A DNA stretch of 64,000 nucleotides, from contig JBEKUZ010000014.1 of the NCBI GenBank assembly GCA_049514515.1, forward strand, positions 2,955 to 66,954, given 5' to 3'. The position numbers were made by a program, and so were the translations under genes. Shown here one piece after another: positions 16,848 to 26,133 of this stretch (positions within the stretch are counted from its first letter, which is position 1; the number at the start of each line of letters is the position of its first letter). The stretch comes from Thermodesulfobacteriota bacterium (GTDB lineage: Bacteria > Desulfobacterota > BSN033 > UBA1163). A model generated the notes under the pieces. That model was not told where the DNA came from and did not search any database. It worked only from the letters and a program-made list of their open reading frames with translations.

Positions 16848-19313
16848 ATGGAAGGGGTGAGGACCGAAGGGTTACCTTGTTTTCCTGTCAACCCGAAGGA
16901 AATAGGCTACCCCGGGACGGTTATGACTGTCAAAAAACCAACTGCGCCGACAAAAAGAAAGAAACCGCCCGAGCCACTTATCCTTGTCAAGAAGAAGGAG
17001 GTGGGCTCAGAGATGTTTCAATCCATCGCCGAATTGGGAAACGACGGGATCTTAGTATTTGATGATCGCTATCAGATCCAATTTGCAAATCGGATGGCTT
17101 CCGAAATCACCGGATATTCGAGCCGAGAGTTGCTGAAAATGTCGGTCCTCTCCCTTTTAGGCAAGCCCCATCCATCCTTTGTCGAAGACCTCTTCAGCCA
17201 TCCTGAACGTTATGGCGAGAAAACGTGCGCCGAGGTTCAGCTTTGCACCTCTCGTGAAGAGATCAAAGAGGTCGAGATTTGTATTGCCTTGGCGGAGGCA
17301 CCCCAAGGAGCCCGGAAGGGCTATGCCTACCTCCAAGATATTACGGAGTCGAAAAGAATGGAGCGGCGGATCCGGGAGGCCACCCAACAATTCGAGAAAA
17401 TCGCTGAGATGGGGGACGATGGAATCCTGGTCTTCGATCAGACGTTTAAGATCATTTTTGCCAATCAGATGGCCTCCGAAATCACCGGGATTCCCAAGAA
17501 AGAATTGATCGGAAGAAATTTCTTCTCGGTCATTGGAAAAGAGAACAAACAATTTCTTGAGGGAACGGTCACCCGCGGTGTGGGAATAGGCGAGAAGCTC
17601 TGCACCGAAATGAATATCCTGACCTCCCAGGGGCAGGTCAAGGATGCAGAGGTTTGTATTGCTTTGGCCGAGTCGGATACGGGAGAGGTTAAGACCTATG
17701 CGTACATCCGGGACATCACAGACCGGAAAAAATTCGAGAGGGACCTCAGGGATTCTGGGGAAAAACTCAGAGACCTCTTCGAAAGGGTGAGGCATGGTCT
17801 CTTCATCAGCTCGAAGGAGGGCAAGTTTTTGGACTGTAACCAGGCCCTGCTCGATATGCTGGGATATCCTACGAAAGAAGAATTTCTCAAAATAGATATC
17901 ACCCAGGATCTCTACGTCAACCCGGAGGATCGGAGAGCTTTTCAGGAGAGGATCGAAAGAGAGGGGCATGTCAAAGACTTGGAGGTGGAATTCAGAAAGG
18001 GGAACGGGGACAGGATCACCGTCTTGCTGACCTCTCACCCGATCAAGAATGAGAAGGGAGAGGTCGTCGGCTACCAGGGGATCAACCTGGATATCTCCGA
18101 GAGAAAGCGGATCGAGAATCAACTTCGCGAAGCCAATGAATTCTTCATGAACCTGATCGAGAGTTCCGTGGATGGGATCATCGCGGCGGACATGAAAGGC
18201 AATATCTTCATCTTTAACAAAGGAGCGGAGGCGCTGACCGGATACAAGGCAGAGGAGGTGATCGGCAAGCTCCATATTACCAAGATCTACAAAGAGGGCG
18301 TGGCGAAAGAAATCATGAAGAAACTCCGAAGCCAGGAATACGGGGGGGTAGGAAAATTTATTCCCACCCAGATGAACGCGGTCAATAAGTTTGGGAAAGA
18401 AATCCCCATTCAGCTCTCCGCCGCCCTCATCTATAACGGGAGCGGCCAGGAAATCGCCAGTGTGGGTATCTTTACGGATTTGAGACCCCGCCTGAACATG
18501 GAAAAGAAGCTCCAAGAGACCCACCTGCAACTAGTCAGTTCCGAGAAGATGGCGTCTCTCGGAAAACTGGCAGCGGGAATCGCCCATGAGATCAACAACC
18601 CTTTGGGTGGAATTCTTATTTACTCCAGTCTGATGATGGAGGACCTTCCCGAGACGGATTCGCGGCGGGCAGATTTGGTTCGAATCGTTCAGGAGGCAGG
18701 CCGCTGTAAGGAGATCGTCAAGAGCCTCCTTGAATTCGCTCGCCAAACCGAACCGAAGATGGAACCCACTGACATCAATCGAGCCATTACGGACGGACTC
18801 TTCTTCCTGGTGAATCAGGCTTTATTCCACAACATCCATATCGTGAAGAAACTCGACGCCTTCCTGCCCTTCGTCCGCGGAAATGCAAGCCAATTGAAAC
18901 AAGTCTTCATGAATATTATCGTGAATGCGGCAGAAGCGATGCGCGGCGGCGGAACGCTGACCATCACGACCTTCTGTGCCCCGGATCAGAAGACGGTCTT
19001 TGTGGAGTGTACCGATACCGGGGAGGGCATTCCCCCGGAGAACCTCACCCGAATCTTCGATCCCTTCTTCACCACCAAGGAGGTGGGAAAGGGGACGGGG
19101 CTGGGACTCGCCACTTCTTATGGAATCGTTGAGGACCACGGGGGAAAGATCAGCGTAAAAAGCCAGGCGGGTGAAGGCACCACGTTTACCATCGAGCTTC
19201 CCGTTCATCACGAAACGCAGGCGATCCTGGAAAACCCTTCCATTCAAGATCGAGGAGCATATGACGGAACTGAACGCACGGGAAAACCAGAAGGCAAATC
19301 CCTTCCTGTCTGA
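16848..19313 (+). CDS. cytoplasmic multi-PAS sensor histidine kinase (about 4 PAS, HisKA, HATPase_c)
   Basis: Repeated PAS blocks (GILVFD...FAN.MASEITG seen twice), an H-box AHEINNPLGGI, and G-boxes DTGEGI / GTGLGLA. No TM segment. The start is uncertain: 16848, 16923 or 17010. Confidence 0.8.
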   Translation: MEGVRTEGLPCFPVNPKEIGYPGTVMTVKKPTAPTKRKKPPEPLILVKKKEVGSEMFQSIAELGNDGILVFDDRYQIQFANRMASEITGYSSRELLKMSVLSLLGKPHPSFVEDLFSHPERYGEKTCAEVQLCTSREEIKEVEICIALAEAPQGARKGYAYLQDITESKRMERRIREATQQFEKIAEMGDDGILVFDQTFKIIFANQMASEITGIPKKELIGRNFFSVIGKENKQFLEGTVTRGVGIGEKLCTEMNILTSQGQVKDAEVCIALAESDTGEVKTYAYIRDITDRKKFERDLRDSGEKLRDLFERVRHGLFISSKEGKFLDCNQALLDMLGYPTKEEFLKIDITQDLYVNPEDRRAFQERIEREGHVKDLEVEFRKGNGDRITVLLTSHPIKNEKGEVVGYQGINLDISERKRIENQLREANEFFMNLIESSVDGIIAADMKGNIFIFNKGAEALTGYKAEEVIGKLHITKIYKEGVAKEIMKKLRSQEYGGVGKFIPTQMNAVNKFGKEIPIQLSAALIYNGSGQEIASVGIFTDLRPRLNMEKKLQETHLQLVSSEKMASLGKLAAGIAHEINNPLGGILIYSSLMMEDLPETDSRRADLVRIVQEAGRCKEIVKSLLEFARQTEPKMEPTDINRAITDGLFFLVNQALFHNIHIVKKLDAFLPFVRGNASQLKQVFMNIIVNAAEAMRGGGTLTITTFCAPDQKTVFVECTDTGEGIPPENLTRIFDPFFTTKEVGKGTGLGLATSYGIVEDHGGKISVKSQAGEGTTFTIELPVHHETQAILENPSIQDRGAYDGTERTGKPEGKSLPV

Positions 19314-19830
19314 AGTGGCTCAGGCCAGCGGCGAAAAAATTAGCGCCTGTTTTCAATGCCAGAAATGTTCGGCAGGATGTCCCATCGCTTATGCGATGGA
19401 TGTCCTCCCCAATCAAATGCTCCGTCACATCCAGTACGGCCATCGGGAAAAGGTCCTCACCTCAAACACGATTTGGATCTGCGCCTCCTGCTACACGTGC
19501 AGCGTTCGATGCCCGAATAACATCGATATTGCCAAAATCATGGATACATTAAGAGCGCTGGCCGTGCATTCTGAATTCAAACCCGGAGAAAAGGATATCC
19601 CCATTTTCCACTCCGCTTTTTTAGACACAATCAAATCAAGAGGCCGGATTCACGAGCTCAGCCTCATCCTCCAATTTAAATCCAAGACGAAAGATTTTTT
19701 TAAGGATGCTGCCTTGGGATGGAAGATGTACCGCAAGGGGAAGATTAAACTGCTGCCGTCGAAATTTTGCGGTGGAAAAAAAGAGGTTAAGGAGATTTTC
19801 AACGCTTTTGAGAAAGGAGCGAGACAATAA
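19261..19830 (+). CDS. hdrC: heterodisulfide reductase subunit C
   Basis: CFQCQKCSAGCP and CASCYTCSVRCP motifs in about 189 aa. SD gaggag precedes the ATG at 19261. The gene overlaps the 3' end of the histidine kinase gene by about 53 nt. Confidence 0.85.
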   Translation: MTELNARENQKANPFLSEVAQASGEKISACFQCQKCSAGCPIAYAMDVLPNQMLRHIQYGHREKVLTSNTIWICASCYTCSVRCPNNIDIAKIMDTLRALAVHSEFKPGEKDIPIFHSAFLDTIKSRGRIHELSLILQFKSKTKDFFKDAALGWKMYRKGKIKLLPSKFCGGKKEVKEIFNAFEKGARQ

Positions 19831-19975
19831 AGCACCAAATCCCAAGCACCAAACCCCAAACAATGACCAAAGCTCCAATGACCGAAATGTGTGGGTTGGG
19901 TCATTTGGGCATTGCTTATTGTAATTTATTTGGGATTTGGAATTTGGAGATTGGGATTTGAATTGCTGAGGAAGA
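19831..19975. repeat. long imperfect hairpin of CCAAATCCCAA / TTGGGATTTGG degenerate repeats (hdrC-hdrB spacer)
   Basis: The left arm is ccaaatcccaagcaccaaaccccaaa...aatgacc. The right arm is ggtcatt...atttgggatttggaatttggagattgggatttg. Confidence 0.75.
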
Positions 19976-19980
19976 TAAAA

Positions 19981-20832
19981 ATGAAAGAGGTCTCTTACTA
20001 TCCTGGATGCTCCCTTCACGGAACCGCCCGAGAGTACGATGATTCAATCCGAGGCGTATCCAAACTCCTCGATATTCAGCTCTACGAATTAGAGGATTGG
20101 ACCTGTTGCGGGGCGAGCTCAGCCCACTGCACGGATGAAAAGCTGGCCATCGATCTCGCCGCCCGGAATCTTGGTCTCGCCGAAAAGAACGATCGCGACT
20201 TGCTGGTCCCGTGTGTGGCATGCTACAGCCGATTTAAGGCAGCGGAGAAAGAGGTCAAGGAACACCCGGAAAAAGTCCATCTTTCCTACCACGGCAATGT
20301 CCCCATTCGATATGCACTGGACTTTTTCTGCGACGATGGCATCTTAGAAGAGGTGAAAAAAAAGCGCGCAAAGTCCCTCTCAGGGCTTAAGGTGGCTTGC
20401 TACTACGGTTGCCTTACCGTTCGACCTCCAAAAATGACAGGCGTGCGGGAATATGAGAACCCTCAACATATGGACCGATTGATGAAAACCCTGGGCGCTG
20501 ATCCTGTTCCATGGTGCTACAAAACCGATTGTTGTGGAGCCAGTCTCGTGATGACGCGGACAGACATCGTTAAGAAATTGAACGACCGCCTCCTCTCCAT
20601 GGCAATGGAGGCCGAGGCGGACTGTTTGGTCACGGGCTGTCCGATGTGTCAGGCCAATCTCGATACCCGCCAGGGAGAATTGGAGAAGGAGACGGGCAAG
20701 AGATACAATCTCCCCATCCTTTACTTTACGGAATTGATGGGGTTGGCCCTGGGTCATAAAGATGTCAGGAAATGGCTTCACCGGCACATCACAGACCCCA
20801 TGAAGATATTGAGTGCGAAGGGATTAATGTAA
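19981..20832 (+). CDS. hdrB: heterodisulfide reductase subunit B (two CCG domains)
   Basis: CCGAS motif present twice, in Cys-rich CCG-domain context. SD gaggaag precedes the ATG at 19981. Confidence 0.85.
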   Translation: MKEVSYYPGCSLHGTAREYDDSIRGVSKLLDIQLYELEDWTCCGASSAHCTDEKLAIDLAARNLGLAEKNDRDLLVPCVACYSRFKAAEKEVKEHPEKVHLSYHGNVPIRYALDFFCDDGILEEVKKKRAKSLSGLKVACYYGCLTVRPPKMTGVREYENPQHMDRLMKTLGADPVPWCYKTDCCGASLVMTRTDIVKKLNDRLLSMAMEAEADCLVTGCPMCQANLDTRQGELEKETGKRYNLPILYFTELMGLALGHKDVRKWLHRHITDPMKILSAKGLM

Positions 20833-20839
20833 TCAAATG

Positions 20840-20990
20840 CGTAAAATTCCAAGTACCAAGCACCAAATTCCAAATAAGCACCAATGTTCGAAATACGAAT
20901 TTACTAAACGAGAAAGTTTTGAATTTTGATATTGGAATTTGGGATTTGTTTGGGATTTGGAATTTGTGATTTGGAATTTAAAACGACCCA
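20840..20990. repeat. second CCAAAT(T/C)CCAA / TTGG(A/G)ATTTGG hairpin repeat block (hdrB-hdrA spacer)
   Basis: ccaagtaccaagcaccaaattccaaat ... attggaatttgggatttgtttgggatttggaatttgtgatttggaattt. Confidence 0.75.
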
Positions 20991-21013
20991 AAGAAAAGCC
21001 GCCGGAGTCAGGA

Positions 21014-24000
21014 ATGATGGGAGACCAAATGCAAGAAAAAGCTGGAGATAAAGTAGGAGCAGTGATGGTCGTCGGAGGTGGGATCGCCGGGATCCAAGCA
21101 TCCCTCGACCTCGCCGAATCTGGCTACTATGTCTATCTGGTGGAGTCGTCGCCTGCGATTGGCGGGGTGATGGCCCAATTGGATAAGACCTTCCCCACGA
21201 ACGACTGCTCCATGTGCATCATCTCTCCCAAGCTGGTCGAGGCAGGCCGTCATCTTAACATTCGTATCCTGACGGCCACCGATGTCGAAGGGATCTCAGG
21301 CGAGCCAGGAAATTTTACCGTCCGCCTTCATCAACATGCCCGCTTTGTGGACACGGCCAAATGCACGGGATGCGGTGATTGTGCAGCCGCCTGTCCCATC
21401 ATCCGTCCCGATGAGTTCAACGCCCTGCTCTCCACGCGCAAGGCGATCTACAAAAAATATCCCCAAGCCATCCCGAATGCCTTCGCCATCGAAAAACGTG
21501 GCGAAGCGCCATGCCGTAACGCCTGTCCGATTGAACAGCGCGCCATGGGCTATGTCGCACTCATCCGTGAGAAACGCTTTGCCGATGCGTACCGAACCAT
21601 CAAAGAAGATAACCCTTTCCCTTCCGTGTGCGGACGCGTATGCAACCACCGGTGTGAGGAGGCTTGCACGCGAACCGAGGTGGGAAGTGAACCCGTCAAC
21701 ATCATGCATTTCAAACGTTTTGTGAGCGACTGGGCATTCGCACATCCTGAAGAGATCCAGAAGGTGTACGCGTCGGGGGTCCAGAAAGCTCCGGATACCA
21801 GTGGAGCGGGGAAAAAAGTCGCCATTGTCGGCGCTGGTCCAGCGGGGTTGACCGCGGCCAACGACTTGATCCGTAAAGGTTACTCCGTGACCGTCTTCGA
21901 AGCGCTGCCTGCACCGGGTGGAATGATGCGCGTAGGCATCCCGGAATATCGCATGCCCTATGACTTGCTCCAATGTGAGATAGATGAAATCATCTCAAGA
22001 GGGGTGGAACTGAAGCTGAACCACCGCGTGCAAGATGTGACAGGGTTGCTCGAAGATTTTGACGCGGTCTTTGTTGCAGCAGGCGCTCATATTGGCATTA
22101 AGCTCCCTATCCCTGGAAATGACCTGCCCGATGTTCACATCACCACAGACTTCTTGCGCGAGGTCAGCCTTTCAGGAGCATCAAACATCAAATCAAAAAT
22201 TGCGAATAAACGCATCTTGGTCCTCGGTGGCGGGAATGTAGCCATTGATGCGGCTATGTCTTCAGTGCGAATGGGCGCAAGCTGGGTGGGCATGTCTTGC
22301 CTTGAGAGTCGAGAAAAAATGCCTGCCCACGATTGGGAAGTCCGTGACGCTCAGGATGAAGGCATTGATGTCTATCCCGGCCGAACGTTCAAGGAGGTAA
22401 CAAACAAAGACGGGTATATCACAGGCGTACGAACCGTCGACGTGGATTTCCGAGGCTTTATTGAAGGCCGGCCTGATTTTGACGAGATCCCCGGGACAGA
22501 GACAGTCATTCCTTGTGATGTGGTTATCTTTGCCATCGGCCAGAGGCCTGACCTTACTTTGTTGAGCAACAAGGTAGAGACGGTGCGCGGCCGGACAGTA
22601 GCGGCTGATAAAGACACACTTGCGACCAATGTGCCGGGGATTTTTGCTGGCGGCGATGTGGTCACGGGAACAACTTTTGTCGTGGATGCCATCTCTGCAG
22701 GACACAAGGCAGCGCGCTCGATTGAAGCCTACCTGAAACAGGAAGAGAAAGAAGCAAGGATATGGCCGCCGGTTTTAGAATCCATCGAAAAGCTCCCCGA
22801 GGCTAAACTCGAACCATCTCAGGCAAAACAGCTCATGGAGGTCAAGTCACAAGCTGCTCGTGCAGTCCCTAAAAAGCGTGAAGCGGGCGAGCGCAAGGGC
22901 GATTTTTCAGAAGTGGAATCAGGGCTGACCGAAGAAGAAGTGATCGAGGCAGCCAGGCGATGCCTGGAATGCGGCATCTGCTCCGAGTGTCTGCAGTGCG
23001 TCTTCGCCTGCCGTGCGGGGGCCGTCAATCATGATGACCGCGAGAAAATCGTTGACCTCCAGGTCGGAGCGGTCATTCTGACACCCGGGTTTAAAACCGT
23101 GGACGGAAATATTCGGCCCGAATTCGGCTACGGTGTCTACCCAAATGTCGTCACAAGCATCGAGTTCGAACGGATGCTCAGTGCCAGCGGCCCTTATGCC
23201 GGTGTGGTCCAGCGTCCTTCGGATGCAGGACACCCGCGAAAGATCGCTTTTATCCAGTGTGTCGGAAGCCGCGATATCTCTTGTGGACAGGATTACTGTT
23301 CATCCGTGTGCTGCATGTACGCGACGAAAGAGGCCATCATTGCCAAAGAACATGCCAATTTTGTCGAGCCCACCATCTTTTATATGGATGTCCGGGCTTA
23401 TGGGAAAGGGTTCGATGCGTATTATGAGAGAGCAAAATCCGAATACGGCGTCCGGTTCATCAAGTGTATGGTCTCCAGAATTAGGGAGCATTTTAAAACA
23501 AAAAATCTCCTGGTGACTTACCTGGATGAAGAAGCCAAGTTCGTGGAAGAGGAATTTGATTTGGTCGTTCTTTCTGTAGGCATGGTCCCATCCAAGGAAA
23601 CGGTTGAGATGGCGAAACGGATGGGCGTTGAGGTGGAGTCTCATGGATTCTGCAAGACAAAACCTTTCGAGCCCACCTCGACATCCAAACCAGGCGTCTA
23701 CGTCTGCGGGGTGTTTCAAGGGCCGAAAGACATCCCGGAAACGGTCTCTCAGGCAAGCGGTGCCGTGGCCGATGCCACAGGACTGATCGCTTCGGCACGG
23801 GGAACCATGGTCACCAAAAAAGAATATCCTCCCGAGGCGGATGTGACAGCGGAAGAACCCCGCATCGGCGTCTTCGTCTGCAATTGCGGCATCAACATCG
23901 GAGGCGTGGTCAATGTGCCTGAAGTCAGGGAGTACGCGAGGACACTGAAAAACGTCGTCCACGTTGAGGACAATCTCTACACCTGTTCCCAGGACACCCA

Positions 24001-25531
24001 GGGAAAAATCAAGAAAGCGATCGAAGAGAATCACCTGAATCGTGTCATTGTGGCCTCCTGTTCTCCAAGGACGCATGAACCGATGTTTAGAGAAACCTGC
24101 CGGGAGGCGGGATTAAATAAATACCTCTTTGAGATGGCAAACATCCGCGATCAATGTTCCTGGGTCCATATGCGGCAGAAGGATGAAGCGACGCTTAAGG
24201 CGAAGGACCTTGTCCGCATGGCCGTGGCCAACGCCCGCCTGATCCGAGCTCTCAGTGAAGTCGGATTGCCGGTGATCCAAAAAGGATTGGTCATCGGAGG
24301 AGGAGTGGCCGGGATGACCGCTGCGCTCAAGCTCGCAGAGCAAGGATACGAGATCTTCCTCCTCGAGAAAGAAGCCCAGTTAGGAGGAAATCTGAGAAAC
24401 CTTCACTATACCCTCGAAGGTCAAAATGTCCAGACCTTCTTAAAAGATTTGATTAACCGGGTCACGAACCATCCTCTGATCCATGTCATCACCAATGCCT
24501 TGGTGGTCGATTTCAGCGGCTCCAAAGGAAACTTCTCCACCGGAGTGATGGTGGCGCCTACCATGTATTACCGGAAGATTGAACATGGCATAACAATCTT
24601 GGCCACCGGCGCTCAAGAATGGAAACCAAACGAATACCTCTATGGCGAAGACCCGCGCGTTGTCACGCAGCTTGAATTAGAGAGTCGGATTGTCAATCAA
24701 CCCGAAGAGGTGGCCCGGGCCAATCACATTGTAATGATCCAATGTGTAGGGTCCCGGAACAAGGAGCGACCCAACTGCAGCCGAACTTGCTGCGCAACCG
24801 CCGTGAAGAATGCTCTTAAGATCAAAGAGCTGAACCCTAACGCCAATATCTCTATCCTCTACCGGGATGTGCGGACCTATGGCCTTGCAGAATCCTACTA
24901 CGCGAAAGCCCGGGAGCAAGGCATCCTGTTCATCCGATACGAACCGGAAGAGAAACCCGAAGTCAAGAAGGATGGGGAAGGTCTCCTTGTCTCCTATCTG
25001 GATAGAATCTTGAAAGAACGGATGGAGATAAGGCCTGACTTCGTGGTTCTTTCCGCAGCCACCATTCCGAGAGAGAATGAAGAATTGGCAACGATGCTGA
25101 AGGTCCCTCGTACGATGGAAGGTTTCTTTTTGGAAGCCCATATGAAGTTGAGGCCTGTTGACTTTGCAACCGATGGCATGTATCTTGCTGGTGGGGCCCA
25201 CGGACCGAAATTGATCAGCGAAACGATCACTCAGGCAAGTGCAGCAGCGTCTCGAGCCTGTACCATCTTATCCAAAGAGAAGATGCTGGTGGGCGGTGTG
25301 GTCGCCATGGTGGAGGGCGAGCGGTGTGCGGCCTGTTTGACGTGTGTAAGGGTTTGCCCTTATGAAGTCCCTGTGATCAATGTGAAGGGCGAGGCGGAGA
25401 TTGATCTGGCCAAGTGCAAAGGCTGCGGCAGTTGCGCGGCCGAGTGCCCGGCCAGAGCGATAGAGTTGATGCACTTCAGAGATCCCCAACTGTGGGCCAA
25501 GTGCGAAGCCCTTGTGGAAGCAAGTGTATGA
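21014..25531 (+). CDS. hdrA: giant HdrA-family flavoprotein: HdrA module, inserted GltD-like NAD(P)H:FeS oxidoreductase module, second HdrA module, C-terminal 2x[4Fe-4S]
   Basis: About 1505 aa. N-terminal VVGGGIAGIQASLDLA (FAD). GltD-like block PCRNACP...CGRVCNHRCEEAC / KVAIVGAGPAGL / ILVLGGGNVAIDAA. The HdrA Cys motif IQCVGSRD and a second copy (VIGGGVAGMTAALKLA ... IQCVGSRN). Terminal ferredoxin CxxCxxCxxxCP appears twice. Confidence 0.85.
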   Translation: MMGDQMQEKAGDKVGAVMVVGGGIAGIQASLDLAESGYYVYLVESSPAIGGVMAQLDKTFPTNDCSMCIISPKLVEAGRHLNIRILTATDVEGISGEPGNFTVRLHQHARFVDTAKCTGCGDCAAACPIIRPDEFNALLSTRKAIYKKYPQAIPNAFAIEKRGEAPCRNACPIEQRAMGYVALIREKRFADAYRTIKEDNPFPSVCGRVCNHRCEEACTRTEVGSEPVNIMHFKRFVSDWAFAHPEEIQKVYASGVQKAPDTSGAGKKVAIVGAGPAGLTAANDLIRKGYSVTVFEALPAPGGMMRVGIPEYRMPYDLLQCEIDEIISRGVELKLNHRVQDVTGLLEDFDAVFVAAGAHIGIKLPIPGNDLPDVHITTDFLREVSLSGASNIKSKIANKRILVLGGGNVAIDAAMSSVRMGASWVGMSCLESREKMPAHDWEVRDAQDEGIDVYPGRTFKEVTNKDGYITGVRTVDVDFRGFIEGRPDFDEIPGTETVIPCDVVIFAIGQRPDLTLLSNKVETVRGRTVAADKDTLATNVPGIFAGGDVVTGTTFVVDAISAGHKAARSIEAYLKQEEKEARIWPPVLESIEKLPEAKLEPSQAKQLMEVKSQAARAVPKKREAGERKGDFSEVESGLTEEEVIEAARRCLECGICSECLQCVFACRAGAVNHDDREKIVDLQVGAVILTPGFKTVDGNIRPEFGYGVYPNVVTSIEFERMLSASGPYAGVVQRPSDAGHPRKIAFIQCVGSRDISCGQDYCSSVCCMYATKEAIIAKEHANFVEPTIFYMDVRAYGKGFDAYYERAKSEYGVRFIKCMVSRIREHFKTKNLLVTYLDEEAKFVEEEFDLVVLSVGMVPSKETVEMAKRMGVEVESHGFCKTKPFEPTSTSKPGVYVCGVFQGPKDIPETVSQASGAVADATGLIASARGTMVTKKEYPPEADVTAEEPRIGVFVCNCGINIGGVVNVPEVREYARTLKNVVHVEDNLYTCSQDTQGKIKKAIEENHLNRVIVASCSPRTHEPMFRETCREAGLNKYLFEMANIRDQCSWVHMRQKDEATLKAKDLVRMAVANARLIRALSEVGLPVIQKGLVIGGGVAGMTAALKLAEQGYEIFLLEKEAQLGGNLRNLHYTLEGQNVQTFLKDLINRVTNHPLIHVITNALVVDFSGSKGNFSTGVMVAPTMYYRKIEHGITILATGAQEWKPNEYLYGEDPRVVTQLELESRIVNQPEEVARANHIVMIQCVGSRNKERPNCSRTCCATAVKNALKIKELNPNANISILYRDVRTYGLAESYYAKAREQGILFIRYEPEEKPEVKKDGEGLLVSYLDRILKERMEIRPDFVVLSAATIPRENEELATMLKVPRTMEGFFLEAHMKLRPVDFATDGMYLAGGAHGPKLISETITQASAAASRACTILSKEKMLVGGVVAMVEGERCAACLTCVRVCPYEVPVINVKGEAEIDLAKCKGCGSCAAECPARAIELMHFRDPQLWAKCEALVEASV

Positions 25532-25612
25532 GTTCGGAGTTCAGAGTTCGGAGTATCTGGTTTTGTCTCCGAACTCCGAGCTAAATTACTCCCAACTATA
25601 AATAGAGGGTTG
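25532..25612. repeat. about 80-nt hairpin element (GAGTTCGGAGTTCAGAGTTCGGAGT...TCTCCGAACTCCGAGC + CTAAATTACTCCCAACTAT); copy 1
   Basis: Near-identical copy at 26866-26960. The arms are inverted repeats. Confidence 0.8.
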
Positions 25613-25614
25613 AG

Positions 25615-26133
25615 ATGGAGGCAGTTCAGCGGAAAATGGAATCAGGGCACGGGCCGCAAAGGACGGACACGGATCACGGACACGGACACGTTTTTGAGCC
25701 CGAGGTCCTGGCCTTTTGCTGTGAGCATTGAGCCTACAGTGCGGCGGACCTGGCAGGTTCGATGAGGCTCAACTACCCTACGAACGTGAAGATTGTGAAG
25801 GTTCCCTGCACAGGGAGAGTGGATATCCTCCTCATTCTCCATGCCTTTGAATCAGGGGTGGATGGAGTTTACCTGGCAGGGTGCTTGGAGGGAGAGTGTC
25901 ATTTCTTGAGAGGTAATTTAAGGGCCAAGAAGAGAGTTCAGTATGCGAAGAAATTATTAGATGAGGTAGGATTAGGAGGGGCTCGACTAGAGATGTACAA
26001 CATGAGCTCGGCTCAAGGTCAGCGTTTTGCCGAGGTCGCCCGTGAGATGACAGAGAAAATAAAAGCCTTGGGGCCGTCACCCGTTAAGAACAGGGTCCGA
26101 GGGGTCCAGGATTCTAGGGGTCAAGTGAAGTAA
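25615..26133 (+). CDS. mvhD: MvhD/FlpD-family [2Fe-2S] protein with in-frame UGA (predicted selenocysteine) at 25729-25731
   Basis: The ORF track calls only 25762-26133, which begins inside the conserved MvhD core (NVKIVKVPCTGRVD...GCLEGECHF). Reading upstream in frame gives ...FEPEVLAFCCEH-TGA-AYSAADLAGS, which aligns with the MvhD N-terminal motif EPKIVGFLCNWCSYAGADLAG. The TGA falls on the conserved Cys. The ATG at 25615 has a GAGGG SD. Confidence 0.65.

Noticed and set aside
17157-18530. 457-aa minus-strand ORF
   Set aside because: Antisense to the multi-PAS histidine kinase, whose PAS, HisKA and HATPase motifs are unambiguous on the plus strand.
19831-20990. CRISPR array
   Set aside because: The repeats are degenerate tandem and inverted units with no regular repeat-spacer periodicity, and no cas genes are present.
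23300-24076. 258-aa minus-strand ORF
   Set aside because: Antisense shadow inside hdrA.
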